A stretch of 64,000 nucleotides of DNA, from contig CAZSZB010000002.1 in the NCBI GenBank assembly GCA_964611205.1, forward strand, positions 10,609 to 74,608. Direction: 5' to 3'. The notes beneath the pieces were generated by a model. It ran no database searches, was not told the DNA's origin, and was given only the letters and a program-made list of their open reading frames with translations. Below, piece by piece: positions 9,958 to 20,468 of this stretch; position 1 is the stretch's first letter, and each line of letters opens with the position of its first letter. Origin of the DNA: an uncultured Candidatus Saccharibacteria bacterium (lineage in GTDB: Bacteria > Patescibacteriota > Minisyncoccia > Phycocordibacterales > UBA918). The position numbers were made by a program, and so were the translations under genes.

Positions 9958-10926
9958 TTAAGGTCGAGCAGTCTTCACTAGATGATCTATCAGTTCATTG
10001 TAATTACTACCGATAGCATTAATTGATTTAGGGAAAAGAGACTCTTCCGTCAAACCTGGCAAGGTGTTAACTTCCAAGAAGTAAACTTCTCCATCGGAAA
10101 TGATAAAGTCTGATCTTGAATATTGGGAAAGATTTAGTTGCTTATGAACTTCTAAGGCAGCCTCAGCCAGTTTCTGTTTTTCTGTTTTAGAAAAGCGCCC
10201 AGGACAAATTTCTTCAGTACAACCAGAGTACTTTGCTTCATAAGAGAATAAGGGAGATTCATCAGGCGATATTATTTCTATGTCTGGTAATACATAATGT
10301 TTTTGGTCTCTAAACCCTTCTAATATACCCACCGTTGCTTCCTTGCCTTTAACAAATTCCTCCACCAAAACTTCGCCGTATTTATTAAGTAATTCTTCCA
10401 ACATTGTAGATAATTCCCCTGAATGATGAGCTATCAGAGTATCAACGGAAGAGCCGCCAGAAACAGGCTTAATTACATAATGGGGACCAAAAGCTTGCGT
10501 CAAACCAAAAACTGTTTTCTGTAAATTAGTTACGTCCTGTCTCAAAACACGGGCGTGTTTTGGCATTTTAATACCAGATTCTTTAAGATGTTCTTTAGTT
10601 ATGAATTTATTGATTGCGATAGCAGAGGCATACGGATCACTACCCGTGTATGGCAAATTTAATCTCTTGATCATTCTTTGTACGGTGCCATCCTCCCCGT
10701 AAGAGCCATGTAAAGCTATAAAAACAACATCAACATCAGATAAAATATTTTGTTGATCACGGCAGAGACCATCACAAAGCCATTCCCCATTTTTAGTAAT
10801 GGTTATATCTTTGGTTGAATAACCTAAATCGCGTAGGGCACGCAACACATTAGACCCAGTTTTTAAGGAAACTTCGTATTCGGCACTAGGTCCGCCACGC
10901 AAAACTGCAACCCGATTATATTTCAT
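9958..10926 (-). CDS. ddl: D-alanine--D-alanine ligase
   Basis: GGPSAEYEVS, LHGSYGEDG, YEAKY, LEVNTLPGLT. Confidence 0.95.
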   Translation of the reverse strand: MKYNRVAVLRGGPSAEYEVSLKTGSNVLRALRDLGYSTKDITITKNGEWLCDGLCRDQQNILSDVDVVFIALHGSYGEDGTVQRMIKRLNLPYTGSDPYASAIAINKFITKEHLKESGIKMPKHARVLRQDVTNLQKTVFGLTQAFGPHYVIKPVSGGSSVDTLIAHHSGELSTMLEELLNKYGEVLVEEFVKGKEATVGILEGFRDQKHYVLPDIEIISPDESPLFSYEAKYSGCTEEICPGRFSKTEKQKLAEAALEVHKQLNLSQYSRSDFIISDGEVYFLEVNTLPGLTEESLFPKSINAIGSNYNELIDHLVKTARP

Positions 10927-10967
10927 AGGTAAATAATACCATGCAACAATATTCCTAGGTAATAATC

Positions 10968-12209
10968 TTAGTTTAAAAAGTTTTTACGTCTTTTTTGTTT
11001 ATGATAAGTAATAGCAAAGCGGTGGGCGTCAGCGTTAGCTAGAAGAATTTCGTTCTCATATAAAGTTAAGATTTTCTTTGCTGCAATGAGTCGCACTGGT
11101 TTATGACGCTCGTCTTTTACCACGGCGACTACTGGAATAACCAAGCCAGCTTTCTGTAACACCATTTCGGCAACGTTCTTTTGGGCTTTTCCGCCATCAA
11201 CTACTATGATTTGTGGTAATGGCCACTCTGGATGGGTTAACCTGCGATTAAGAATTTCCTTCAAGGCTCCTGGGTCATTACTACGATCTATGGTCTGTAT
11301 TTTAAATTTTCGGTATTCGGACTTTCTAAGTTCTCCTCCCTCGACCACACTCATCACTCCCACCATATCCTCTCCACCTAAATGAGCTACGTCGTAAGCT
11401 TCTATGCGGATGGTTTTTTCATCTCTATATATTCTATTCTCATCTTTTAGCAAAGAAATATCTTCAATGTGTTTAAGAGCAAATATCTTTCTTTTAATTA
11501 TCGCGGCTGTCTCAAAATTCTCTTTCTTTGCTTCTAACAACATTTCTTTTTCTAGTTCTTTTATTATCTCCTTCTTTTTACCAGAAAAAAATAACTGGAT
11601 GAAATGAATGGTTTTTTTATATTCCTTATGATCTGTTTGTTCGGGAAATAATCCAATTTGTCGATTGAAATCTATTTTACCCCTACTTATTTTACTTTTT
11701 TCTTTTCCTAGCGGGTCTTTTGTATCATAGAATTTAAATAGTTTTCGAACTATTTTTAATGCCTCACGGAAAAGGCCAGAGCTGGGAAAAGGTCCGTATT
11801 CATGCAGTATCTCATCAGGAGTAAATTTTTCAGCTAAATCCTTGGCTCTTACCACCAGAACCCGGGGCCATTTTTCATTGGTAATAACTAAATGATTATA
11901 GCTTTTGTCATCCTTGGAAATTGTATTGTACTTAGGTTTATGAGTTCGAATGAGATTTACTTCCAATAACAAAGCCTCCAGCACACTATCAGTTACAGTC
12001 CACTCCACCGTCTTAGCCTCTTTTACCATTCTTTCAATCAACTCAGAACGTTTCTCTTTTAAATCAGTGGCAAAGTAGCTACGTACTCGGTTATTTAAAT
12101 TAGTGGCTTTACCAATATACAAAATCTCTTTTTTTGTACCCAAAAAGAAGTAAACTCCCGGTGTACTTGGTAACTTTTTTTTACTAAGGCTACTTTTTTG
12201 CATAATCAA
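10968..12209 (-). CDS. uvrC: Excinuclease ABC subunit C (short form)
   Basis: N-terminal GIY-YIG (PGVY..YIGKA..RVRSY), UVR domain, RNase H-like IEAYDVAH..VVDGGKAQ; no HhH. Confidence 0.9.
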   Translation of the reverse strand: MIMQKSSLSKKKLPSTPGVYFFLGTKKEILYIGKATNLNNRVRSYFATDLKEKRSELIERMVKEAKTVEWTVTDSVLEALLLEVNLIRTHKPKYNTISKDDKSYNHLVITNEKWPRVLVVRAKDLAEKFTPDEILHEYGPFPSSGLFREALKIVRKLFKFYDTKDPLGKEKSKISRGKIDFNRQIGLFPEQTDHKEYKKTIHFIQLFFSGKKKEIIKELEKEMLLEAKKENFETAAIIKRKIFALKHIEDISLLKDENRIYRDEKTIRIEAYDVAHLGGEDMVGVMSVVEGGELRKSEYRKFKIQTIDRSNDPGALKEILNRRLTHPEWPLPQIIVVDGGKAQKNVAEMVLQKAGLVIPVVAVVKDERHKPVRLIAAKKILTLYENEILLANADAHRFAITYHKQKRRKNFLN

Positions 12210-12231
12210 ATATGTAAACCTATTGAAAAGC

Positions 12232-14877
12232 TTATTTCTTTAGGATTTTTTTAAGGTATATACCAGTGTATGATTTTGGATTTTCGGCTACTTCTTCTGG
12301 TGTTCCCTTAGCTACCAATTGACCACCGCCCGCTCCTCCCTCAGGGCCTACATCGATGACATAGTCGGCTGACTTAATAAGATCTAAATTATGTTCAATA
12401 ACCATCACGGTATTGCCACGATTTACCAACTCCTGCAATATTTCAATTAGCTTAGCAACATCTTTATAGTGTAATCCTATAGTAGGTTCATCAAGTAAAT
12501 AGATCGTCTTTAAAGTATGAGGTCGATACAATTCAGAAGCGATTTTTACACGCTGAGCTTCTCCACCTGAGAGAGTAGTAGCACTTTGACCTAAACTTAT
12601 ATAACCTAGACCGGTATTTACCAAAGACGCCAGGCGTTCATAGATAGCTGGTACATCACTGAAAAACTTAGTGGCTTCCTCAATATTCATATTCAATACC
12701 TCATGGATATTCTTACCCTTATAGCGTACTTCCAGAGTTTCTTTAGTGAAGCGCTTTCCGTCACAAACATCACAAGTCACATACACAGTTGGTAAAAAGT
12801 GCATCTCTACAGCTACCACACCGTTACCCTGACAAGCTTCGCAGCGTCCGCCTTTGACATTAAATGAGAAGCGACCCGGCTTCCAACCTCTAGCCCTAGC
12901 TTCGCTAGTTGCAGCAAACATATCCCGAATATGAGTGAAAGCTCCGGTATAGGTAGCTGGGTTAGACCGAGGAGTACGACCAATCGGAGACTGGTCTATC
13001 AAGACAGTTCGACCCAGATATTCTGTTCCTTCGATAGATTTAACGTTATAAGTTTTGGCAGTGCGATAACGCTTTTCAAGACGAGCCAACAAGTTTTTAT
13101 GTAATATTTCATACATAAAGGTAGATTTTCCCGAACCAGAGACACCGGTTACGGCAATCAATCTACCCAACGGGATATCTATATTTAGATTTTTAATATT
13201 AAAAGCTTTTCCGCCTCTGATTTTTATTGAACCTTTTTCTGAACTACGTCGTTCTGGAACTTCAATTTTTCTGTCACCTCTTAGATAATCCAGAGTCAGA
13301 GAACCACTATCGTTATTTTTAGCTTCTAAAAGTGGCTGCAAGTAACCCGCCACCACTATTTCTCCACCATGAACACCCGCTCCGGGACCAACATCAACGA
13401 TGTAATCAGCCGCGAAAATTGTATCTTCGTCATGCTCCACCACTAAAATAGTGTTACCTAAATCACGTAACTCTGTCAGAGTCTTAATGAGCTTGTCATT
13501 ATCACGTTGATGTAGTCCGATAGTTGGTTCATCCAACACGTACAAAGCTCCAACCAAACCAGAACCCAACTGCGAAGCTAAGCGTATACGTTGTGCTTCC
13601 CCACCAGAAAGAGTGTTAGCTCTGCGATCTAGAGTTAGGTATTCAATACCAACATTTTTCATAAACTCTAACCTTTCAATAATCTCACGCAAAGCCGGCC
13701 AAGCTATCTCCTGCTCTTTTTTCGTTAATTTTATATTAGTTATAAAATCGGCAGCTTCAGATACGGTCAAACGGGTAAAGTCCACTATATTTAATCCTAG
13801 TTCGGAAGTCTGATTCTTGAACTTGGTTGTTGAAGAAAGATAAATTCGCAAAGCTTCAGGACGAAGTCTGGCTCCCTTACAAGTCGGACAAACATCAGAG
13901 TTAAATATGCCCACCACCCCTAATCCATTACATTCTTCACAAGCACCATAAGGAGAGTTAAAAGAAAATAAACGTGGTTCTACTTCAGGAAATGATGAGC
14001 CATCAACTGGACAAATAAATTTAGCTGACAAGGTTCGTTCCTTTCCGTCTGGTGATTTAATCTTCACCATTCCACCTGATTGATCTAAAGCAATTTCGAC
14101 CGCTTCTGAAAGACGTTCATGCGAACCTTTCGGATCATCCGTAAATTCACTAACATATATTTCGTCCACCAAAACATCGATATCGTGTCTCTTAGTCTTA
14201 GTTAGGATGATTTTTTCTCGTAGTTGTTTGATTTCTCCATCTATCTTTACTACCTCGAAACCTTTATTGAGAAGATCGTATAAAAGTTGATAATATTCAC
14301 CTTTACGACCAACCACTACTGGAGAAAAGATAGATACTCGTCCCTTACTTAGATTTATACCCATCACCTGTTCATCTTTTTGAGCCTTTTTTACTTCTTT
14401 ATCCTCAATCGATTTAAGAATTATATTTAGAATTTCATCTTGCGATAATTTCTCAATTGCCACGTCCACGTCAAGACAATATGGACGACCAATACGAGCA
14501 TAAAGAATCCTTAAATAATCATAAATCTCCGTAATAGTAGCGACGGTGGAGCGTGGGTTACGACTAGCTGATTTCTGATCTATTGAAATTGCTGGTGATA
14601 AACCAGAGATTTCGTCAACGTCCGGTTTCTGCATTTTATTCAAAAACTGTCTAGCATACGGTGAAAGACTTTCTACATAACGACGCTGTCCCTCAGCAAA
14701 AATAGTATCGAAAGCCAAGGATGACTTACCTGAGCCAGACGGACCAGTAATAGCTATCATTTTATTACGCGGCATTTCTACATCAACATTTTTTAAGTTG
14801 TGTGTCCTAGCACCACGAACAACCAGACGTTTTTCGCCATCGTTTTCCCATTCTGTTTTAGTTGGTTTTTTACTCAT
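12232..14877 (-). CDS. uvrA: Excinuclease ABC subunit A
   Basis: Two ABC modules (GPSGSGKSS, GVSGSGKST, LSGGEAQR twice), zinc fingers. Confidence 0.98.
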   Translation of the reverse strand: MSKKPTKTEWENDGEKRLVVRGARTHNLKNVDVEMPRNKMIAITGPSGSGKSSLAFDTIFAEGQRRYVESLSPYARQFLNKMQKPDVDEISGLSPAISIDQKSASRNPRSTVATITEIYDYLRILYARIGRPYCLDVDVAIEKLSQDEILNIILKSIEDKEVKKAQKDEQVMGINLSKGRVSIFSPVVVGRKGEYYQLLYDLLNKGFEVVKIDGEIKQLREKIILTKTKRHDIDVLVDEIYVSEFTDDPKGSHERLSEAVEIALDQSGGMVKIKSPDGKERTLSAKFICPVDGSSFPEVEPRLFSFNSPYGACEECNGLGVVGIFNSDVCPTCKGARLRPEALRIYLSSTTKFKNQTSELGLNIVDFTRLTVSEAADFITNIKLTKKEQEIAWPALREIIERLEFMKNVGIEYLTLDRRANTLSGGEAQRIRLASQLGSGLVGALYVLDEPTIGLHQRDNDKLIKTLTELRDLGNTILVVEHDEDTIFAADYIVDVGPGAGVHGGEIVVAGYLQPLLEAKNNDSGSLTLDYLRGDRKIEVPERRSSEKGSIKIRGGKAFNIKNLNIDIPLGRLIAVTGVSGSGKSTFMYEILHKNLLARLEKRYRTAKTYNVKSIEGTEYLGRTVLIDQSPIGRTPRSNPATYTGAFTHIRDMFAATSEARARGWKPGRFSFNVKGGRCEACQGNGVVAVEMHFLPTVYVTCDVCDGKRFTKETLEVRYKGKNIHEVLNMNIEEATKFFSDVPAIYERLASLVNTGLGYISLGQSATTLSGGEAQRVKIASELYRPHTLKTIYLLDEPTIGLHYKDVAKLIEILQELVNRGNTVMVIEHNLDLIKSADYVIDVGPEGGAGGGQLVAKGTPEEVAENPKSYTGIYLKKILKK

Positions 14878-14981
14878 ACAACACAAGCGAACATCTCTAC
14901 ATGATGATAGAGGAAGTCAACGTTTTATTATACTTATATATTATGATTTCACCAGCACCGCAGAAACTTTGGTTCAATAAA

Positions 14982-17018
14982 TCATTTCTTCATACTTTTG
15001 CTTCCCGCTTTTTCTAAATACCCTATTTCATCACGCAGGATAGCTGCTGTTTCAAAATCTAGAATAGCCACTGCTTCTTCCATCTGTCGTCTTTTTTCTT
15101 TCAATACCTTTTTAGGATTCTTTTTGAATAGTTCCATATCTATCTTAAGCAGAGTATCGACTGTTTCATCATGCTCACTACGCATTTGATCTGTGATAGA
15201 TTTTATTTCCTTCTTAATAGTTGTTGGCGTTATGCCGTGTTTTTCGTTGTAAGCAGTTTGTATTTCTCGTCGTCGGTTTGTTTCAGAAATAGCGTATTCA
15301 AGCGCCGGAGTCATTTCATCGGCATAAAGAACCACCCGACCATTAACATTACGGGCTGCTCGCCCAATTGTCTGAATAAGAGCTGTCTCACTGCGCAGGA
15401 AACCACTTTTATCAGCATCAAGAATAGCTACCAATTCCACTTCAGGTAAATCCAAACCTTCTCGCAGTAAGTTAACACCCACCAAACAATCGAACTCTCC
15501 TCTTCGAAAATCATTTAGTATCTCGATTCTTTCTATGGTATCGACATCACTGTGAATATATTTAGTTTTTATTCCTTTTTCTTCTAAAAAGTCAGCCAAG
15601 TCTTCAGCCATTTGTTTAGTCAGAGTAGTGGTTAAAACCCTTGCTCCTCCAGCTATTACTTTCTCCGCTTCACGAATAAAATCCTTTATTTGTCCTTCAT
15701 AAGTACCCTTGCCTGTCACTGGACGCAAATCTATTTCTGGATCGATTAAACCAGTCGGACGAATTATTTGCTCAACTATCTGCCCCTTCCCTTCTGCTAC
15801 TTGTTCCATTTCGTATTTTCCTGGCGTAGCCGTAGTGTAAATCACTTGCCCTACTCGCTCTTTCCACTCAGCAAACTTAAGTGGTCTGTTATCTACAGCA
15901 CTCGGCAGACGAAAACCATGCTCTACTAAAGTATCTTTACGAGACCGGTCGCCAGCGTACATGCCATTTATTTGCGGAACTGTGACATGCGACTCATCGA
16001 CAATAGTGAGAAAGTCTGGTGTGCCATCTTTCTTGTGTGGAAAGTAGGATAATAAAGTATACGGTGCATCACCGGGCTTGCGACGATCAAAGTGTCTAGA
16101 GTAATTCTCTATCCCGTTACAGTATCCAACTTCTCGAATTAAGGCTAAATCATGTTCTGTTCTTCTCTTTAAGCGCTCCGACTCTAGTAACTTCCCTTCC
16201 TTTTTAAACTTAGCCAACTGACTTTTAAGTTCAGCTTTAATGTCTTCATAAGCCACTTTTCTTTCATCCTCTGGAGTAACGAAATGTTTAGCTGGAAATA
16301 AATAAAATACCTCTGGCTCTTCAATTATCTGTCTAGAAATCGCATCTATCTTAGTCAAATGAGATACACTGTTACCAGTAAAATTTAACCTGAAAATAAC
16401 TCTCTCATTGGTTGGCATAATTTCTATAGTATTCCCAACGGCTCTGAACATACCCGGCGATAAATCGGCGTTGGTACGAGTAAAATACATACTCACAAGC
16501 ACCCGTAACATATCAGCTCGAGTAGTTGCAAAACCTTTTTCTATTTTTTGGTGACGTTTTTCGTATTCGGCCGGTTCTCCCAAGCCATAAATACAGGACA
16601 CTGAAGCCACAATGATGACGTCACTGCGCGTCAAAAGCGCCTGAGTGGAAGCATGTCGTAAGCGATCAATTTCTTCATTGATTTGAGCCTCCTTTTCGAT
16701 ATAAGTATCTGAAGTTGGCATATACGCTTCCGGTTGATAGTAGTCATAATAAGAAACGAAATAATGTACAGCGTTATTCGGAAAAAAATCACGATACTCT
16801 TGAGCTAATTGAGCAGCCAGGGTTTTATTGTGAGCGATAACCAGTGTTGGTTTTTGTATTTGTTGGATTACATTGGCCGCTGTAAAGGTTTTTCCTGAGC
16901 CAGTCACACCCAAAAGCGTCTGGTCAGTCATACCAGCCTTTAACCCTTCTACCAGCTTTTTTATTGCCTGCGGCTGATCACCAGCTGGTGTTTTTTCTGT
17001 ACTTAAATCAAACTTCAT
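14982..17018 (-). CDS. uvrB: Excinuclease ABC subunit B
   Basis: GVTGSGKT, YYDYYQPEAY beta-hairpin, DESH, GRAAR. Confidence 0.98.
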   Translation of the reverse strand: MKFDLSTEKTPAGDQPQAIKKLVEGLKAGMTDQTLLGVTGSGKTFTAANVIQQIQKPTLVIAHNKTLAAQLAQEYRDFFPNNAVHYFVSYYDYYQPEAYMPTSDTYIEKEAQINEEIDRLRHASTQALLTRSDVIIVASVSCIYGLGEPAEYEKRHQKIEKGFATTRADMLRVLVSMYFTRTNADLSPGMFRAVGNTIEIMPTNERVIFRLNFTGNSVSHLTKIDAISRQIIEEPEVFYLFPAKHFVTPEDERKVAYEDIKAELKSQLAKFKKEGKLLESERLKRRTEHDLALIREVGYCNGIENYSRHFDRRKPGDAPYTLLSYFPHKKDGTPDFLTIVDESHVTVPQINGMYAGDRSRKDTLVEHGFRLPSAVDNRPLKFAEWKERVGQVIYTTATPGKYEMEQVAEGKGQIVEQIIRPTGLIDPEIDLRPVTGKGTYEGQIKDFIREAEKVIAGGARVLTTTLTKQMAEDLADFLEEKGIKTKYIHSDVDTIERIEILNDFRRGEFDCLVGVNLLREGLDLPEVELVAILDADKSGFLRSETALIQTIGRAARNVNGRVVLYADEMTPALEYAISETNRRREIQTAYNEKHGITPTTIKKEIKSITDQMRSEHDETVDTLLKIDMELFKKNPKKVLKEKRRQMEEAVAILDFETAAILRDEIGYLEKAGSKSMKK

Positions 17019-17107
17019 GTAGCTGAGTATACAGAGTACAACTCAAAAATCAAAACCCAGCCTCATAATTTAGTATTAGGTCTAATTTGAAAGATTAGCG
17101 ATTATTT

Positions 17108-18337
17108 TTATAATGAATCTGACAAAATCTTCACTCTTAATTTTTTAGTGTAATTCACAATTGTCCAAAGGTTATGCAAACTAGCTAAATGACCACCTAA
17201 GATTTCGTTGGCTTTGAATAAATGGTGTAAATAAGACTGCGTATATTTATTTATCGGACTCTCTCCAGTGTCTAAAGGTTCATAGGAACGAGCGAATTTA
17301 GCATTTTTTAAATTTATCTTTTCTATTACCGGTAAACCAATTTCATCTTTTTTTCCAGTATCGATATAAATAGTTCCTGTCCGACCCAGCCTAGTCGGCG
17401 CTACACAATCAAAGGTATCACAACCCATCAAAACTCCTTGTTTGATATCCTCCGGTTCTCCGATACCTAGCAGATGACGTGGCTTATCTTCTGGCAGAAT
17501 TTCATTAACTACGCGTAGCGATTCTCCTAGGTCTTCCTTACTAAAAGAACCACCTATCCCAAAACCATCAAAGTCCATTGAAGCTAATACCCGAGCACTT
17601 TCTTGTCTTAAATCGAGATGACGACCACCTTGCACTACTCCGTAAATACCTTGTTTTTTAAGAGCATTATAATTTTGCTTATGAGCCATAATGCTCCGTT
17701 TGGCCCAACGGTGAGTTCTGTCCATCGCTTCCTTTTGGTAATCATAATCAGCCGTCGGTGAGGTACATTCATCAAAAGCAATAATGATATCAGCGCCGAT
17801 ATTATGCTGAATATCAATTGATCGTTCCGGTGTAAATCTATGCATCGAACCATCTATGTGTGAAGTAAAAGTAACTCCCTCTTCATCTATTATGCAAAGC
17901 TTACCGTGTTCGGTAGCCATCTCTTTACTGTAAATATTCAAACCCTCCTTCTCGGCCACTCTATCAGTCGCTTCCGCATCTAACGCGAACTTAGTCACCC
18001 CTTTACCAAACGCAGCCCCTAAACTAAAAACCTGAAAACCACCGCTATCAGTCATTGTAGGAAGCTGCCAATTTGCAAAGGTATGCAAACCACCAGCCTC
18101 TTTAATGATTTTATCACCAGGTTGTAGAAAGAGATGATAAGTGTTTGCTAAAGCTACTTCTGCTCCAACAATATCGGTCAGATCTTCCGGTTTAAGACTT
18201 TTTACCGTTGCCTTGGTACCAACAGAGACAAAAGCCGGAGTTTTGATGTCACCATGAGGAGTGCGAATAACACCAGCCCGAGCCAGAGACCCAGGGTGCT
18301 TTTTGACAATCTCAAAACTAACCGGTTTATCTTTCAT
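17108..18337 (-). CDS. tgt: tRNA-guanine transglycosylase
   Basis: TPHG..TPAF, DSGGFQVFSL, AFDEC, DTFDCVAPTR; start at ATG 18337. Confidence 0.95.
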   Translation of the reverse strand: MKDKPVSFEIVKKHPGSLARAGVIRTPHGDIKTPAFVSVGTKATVKSLKPEDLTDIVGAEVALANTYHLFLQPGDKIIKEAGGLHTFANWQLPTMTDSGGFQVFSLGAAFGKGVTKFALDAEATDRVAEKEGLNIYSKEMATEHGKLCIIDEEGVTFTSHIDGSMHRFTPERSIDIQHNIGADIIIAFDECTSPTADYDYQKEAMDRTHRWAKRSIMAHKQNYNALKKQGIYGVVQGGRHLDLRQESARVLASMDFDGFGIGGSFSKEDLGESLRVVNEILPEDKPRHLLGIGEPEDIKQGVLMGCDTFDCVAPTRLGRTGTIYIDTGKKDEIGLPVIEKINLKNAKFARSYEPLDTGESPINKYTQSYLHHLFKANEILGGHLASLHNLWTIVNYTKKLRVKILSDSL

Positions 18338-18380
18338 AGGTACGTACTTAGAGGTACGTACTAAAGTACGCACCAGATTT

Positions 18381-18920
18381 CTACTGTACGGCGATTAGCT
18401 CAACAGCAAATATTAGAGTCGAATTAGCAGGAATTGGTCCCATGACTTTTTTACCATAAGCTAATTCCGGCGGAATAACTAAAACTCTTTGTCCTCCAAC
18501 TTTCATTCCTAAGAGTCCTGTTTCCCAACCAGCAATAACCTTCCCTTCACCTAATGTAAAAGTTAACGGCTGATCATTATTATATGAATTATCAAATTGC
18601 TGTCCGTTACGCAGGGTACCAATGTAATGAACAGTTACGGTGTCACCTTCTTTTACTTCATTGCCTGTACCGATATGTACATCGTTAATAATCATTTTTT
18701 CTACCTGACCACGCTTGTCTACTGCCATTGCAACGGTATCGCGTAGAGCCTCATTATTTCCTCCTTCAGTAACTACTGATAAGGCGGCCACCTGAGAGTC
18801 GCCATTGTTGTTAGAGCTATTTACAATAGAGCTTGTATTGTCTATTCGTAAAAGAAACAGTGCTAAAGCCATTAAACTAACGCTGGCTAAGATTCCTAGT
18901 AGTTCGTATTTATTTATCAT
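18381..18920 (-). CDS. FKBP-type peptidyl-prolyl isomerase, membrane anchored
   Basis: VHYIGTL..FDNS, VIAGWETG, IPPELAYG, IPANSTLIF. Confidence 0.95.
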   Translation of the reverse strand: MINKYELLGILASVSLMALALFLLRIDNTSSIVNSSNNNGDSQVAALSVVTEGGNNEALRDTVAMAVDKRGQVEKMIINDVHIGTGNEVKEGDTVTVHYIGTLRNGQQFDNSYNNDQPLTFTLGEGKVIAGWETGLLGMKVGGQRVLVIPPELAYGKKVMGPIPANSTLIFAVELIAVQ

Positions 18921-18964
18921 GATTACGCCATATTATTAGATAATGAACAAATTGCAACCCCAAA

Positions 18965-20026
18965 TTATTGACTTAGTCCTTTTAAATCTAAAATACCAGC
19001 TAATATCTGAGGGGTTAGACGAGGGTCGCTGCGTTTGGCTAAAGCCTGTAGAAAATTATCTTTATCTGCGGGATTCATATAATAAGGAGAGCTGAGACTT
19101 CCCATACTGCTCACCGGTAACAATTCTATTTGTTCCTCCTTTTTAGACTTAGTAAGCTTAACCAACAGACCCATCTGTACATCTTCACTAAAATACTGAT
19201 CGAAAATAAAGTTGCCTAACGAATACAAAACTAATTTCCCATTAATGATTTGTATATCTTGTACCACATGCGGGTGATGACCGATAATCAAATCGGCACC
19301 TAAATTTATCCATTCTGTAGCAAGAGCTTCTTGGTTAGCAGAGTGTTGCAGCTCATATTCTTCTCCCCAGTGTACGTAGACGATTTGTTGACCAGCCTTA
19401 GTGTTGGCTTCGGAAAATATCTGTTTCAATTTTTCTTGGTCAGGTATTCTATAGACGGCATAAATTCCGATTAAAGCAATTTTGTCTTTTCCATGATTTA
19501 TATAAGTAACTGTGGTAGAAGGATTCAAAACCTGATCTCCAAAAGATTTAATGTTAGTCTTATCAATTACGCTCTTGGTATGAAGAAAATTCGATGCACC
19601 AAAGTCATAACTGTGATTATTAGCCAAACTCAAATGAGTAAATCCATGATTCTCTAGTAAGGTAAGAGAACTTTCTGGTACTGAGAAGGAAAAAGTGAAA
19701 CTAGCAGTTGGATGATGGACTTTTGGTATAGAGCCCTCAAAGTTACCAACTAAATAATCTAACGAGGAATCAAATTTAATATTTGCTAAAGGATAATTAA
19801 CCCCTTCTCTTTCCATAAGTTTCTCCACATGACGAGCCAACATAATATCTCCAGTAAAGAGAATATCTAAAGGTTTAGAAGTCGACAAAAAAGCCGGTTG
19901 TACATTTTCTATTTTGTTACTAACTGAATTAAGTAAGGTTACTTCCTCTGGAAAATAATTGACTGCCACAACAGAGACAACGACTAGAATCGGAAATGTG
20001 AGAAAGAATAGTGTTTTGTATTTCAT
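18965..20026 (-). CDS. CapA/PgsA family metallophosphatase-fold protein
   Basis: GDIML, LANNHSYD, HWGEE, GHHPHV, YSLGNFIFDQ. Confidence 0.92.
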   Translation of the reverse strand: MKYKTLFFLTFPILVVVSVVAVNYFPEEVTLLNSVSNKIENVQPAFLSTSKPLDILFTGDIMLARHVEKLMEREGVNYPLANIKFDSSLDYLVGNFEGSIPKVHHPTASFTFSFSVPESSLTLLENHGFTHLSLANNHSYDFGASNFLHTKSVIDKTNIKSFGDQVLNPSTTVTYINHGKDKIALIGIYAVYRIPDQEKLKQIFSEANTKAGQQIVYVHWGEEYELQHSANQEALATEWINLGADLIIGHHPHVVQDIQIINGKLVLYSLGNFIFDQYFSEDVQMGLLVKLTKSKKEEQIELLPVSSMGSLSSPYYMNPADKDNFLQALAKRSDPRLTPQILAGILDLKGLSQ

Positions 20027-20054
20027 ATGTTGCGATGAACACGCCCTTTCGTCT

Positions 20055-20468
20055 TTAAACTACTGGATGAAAGAAACCTATTTTGAAAAACCACATAGCA
20101 GCAAACATAAAGATGACTGACAAAATAAAAGAAACTACACATATTTCCAAAATAATTCCATAACTAATATGCCTATTGCCACGAGCTCTAGTAACAGTTA
20201 ACGACTTTGGTGGTATATCCATTTCAATTCCCAATAATTCATTTATGTCAGATGGGCTGAGTTTTGCTTTACCACGAAATAAGTTCTGCACTGCATCAAC
20301 ACGTTTTTCGTGAGTCTTTATGTTCTCACGCCACACGACTAAAGCCGACTGGACGTCACCATTCTTCCAGTTGGCTTTTAAAAGAGCGGACTTAATTTCC
20401 TCATCATCGGCAGTTGGCGAGACTCCTTGTTCTACTAAAATTTTCTCTAGTACTTCTTTAGTAATCAT
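20055..20468 (-). CDS. Hypothetical protein with C-terminal TM
   Basis: 137-aa ORF overlapping upstream stop by 4 nt. Confidence 0.75.
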   Translation of the reverse strand: MITKEVLEKILVEQGVSPTADDEEIKSALLKANWKNGDVQSALVVWRENIKTHEKRVDAVQNLFRGKAKLSPSDINELLGIEMDIPPKSLTVTRARGNRHISYGIILEICVVSFILSVIFMFAAMWFFKIGFFHPVV

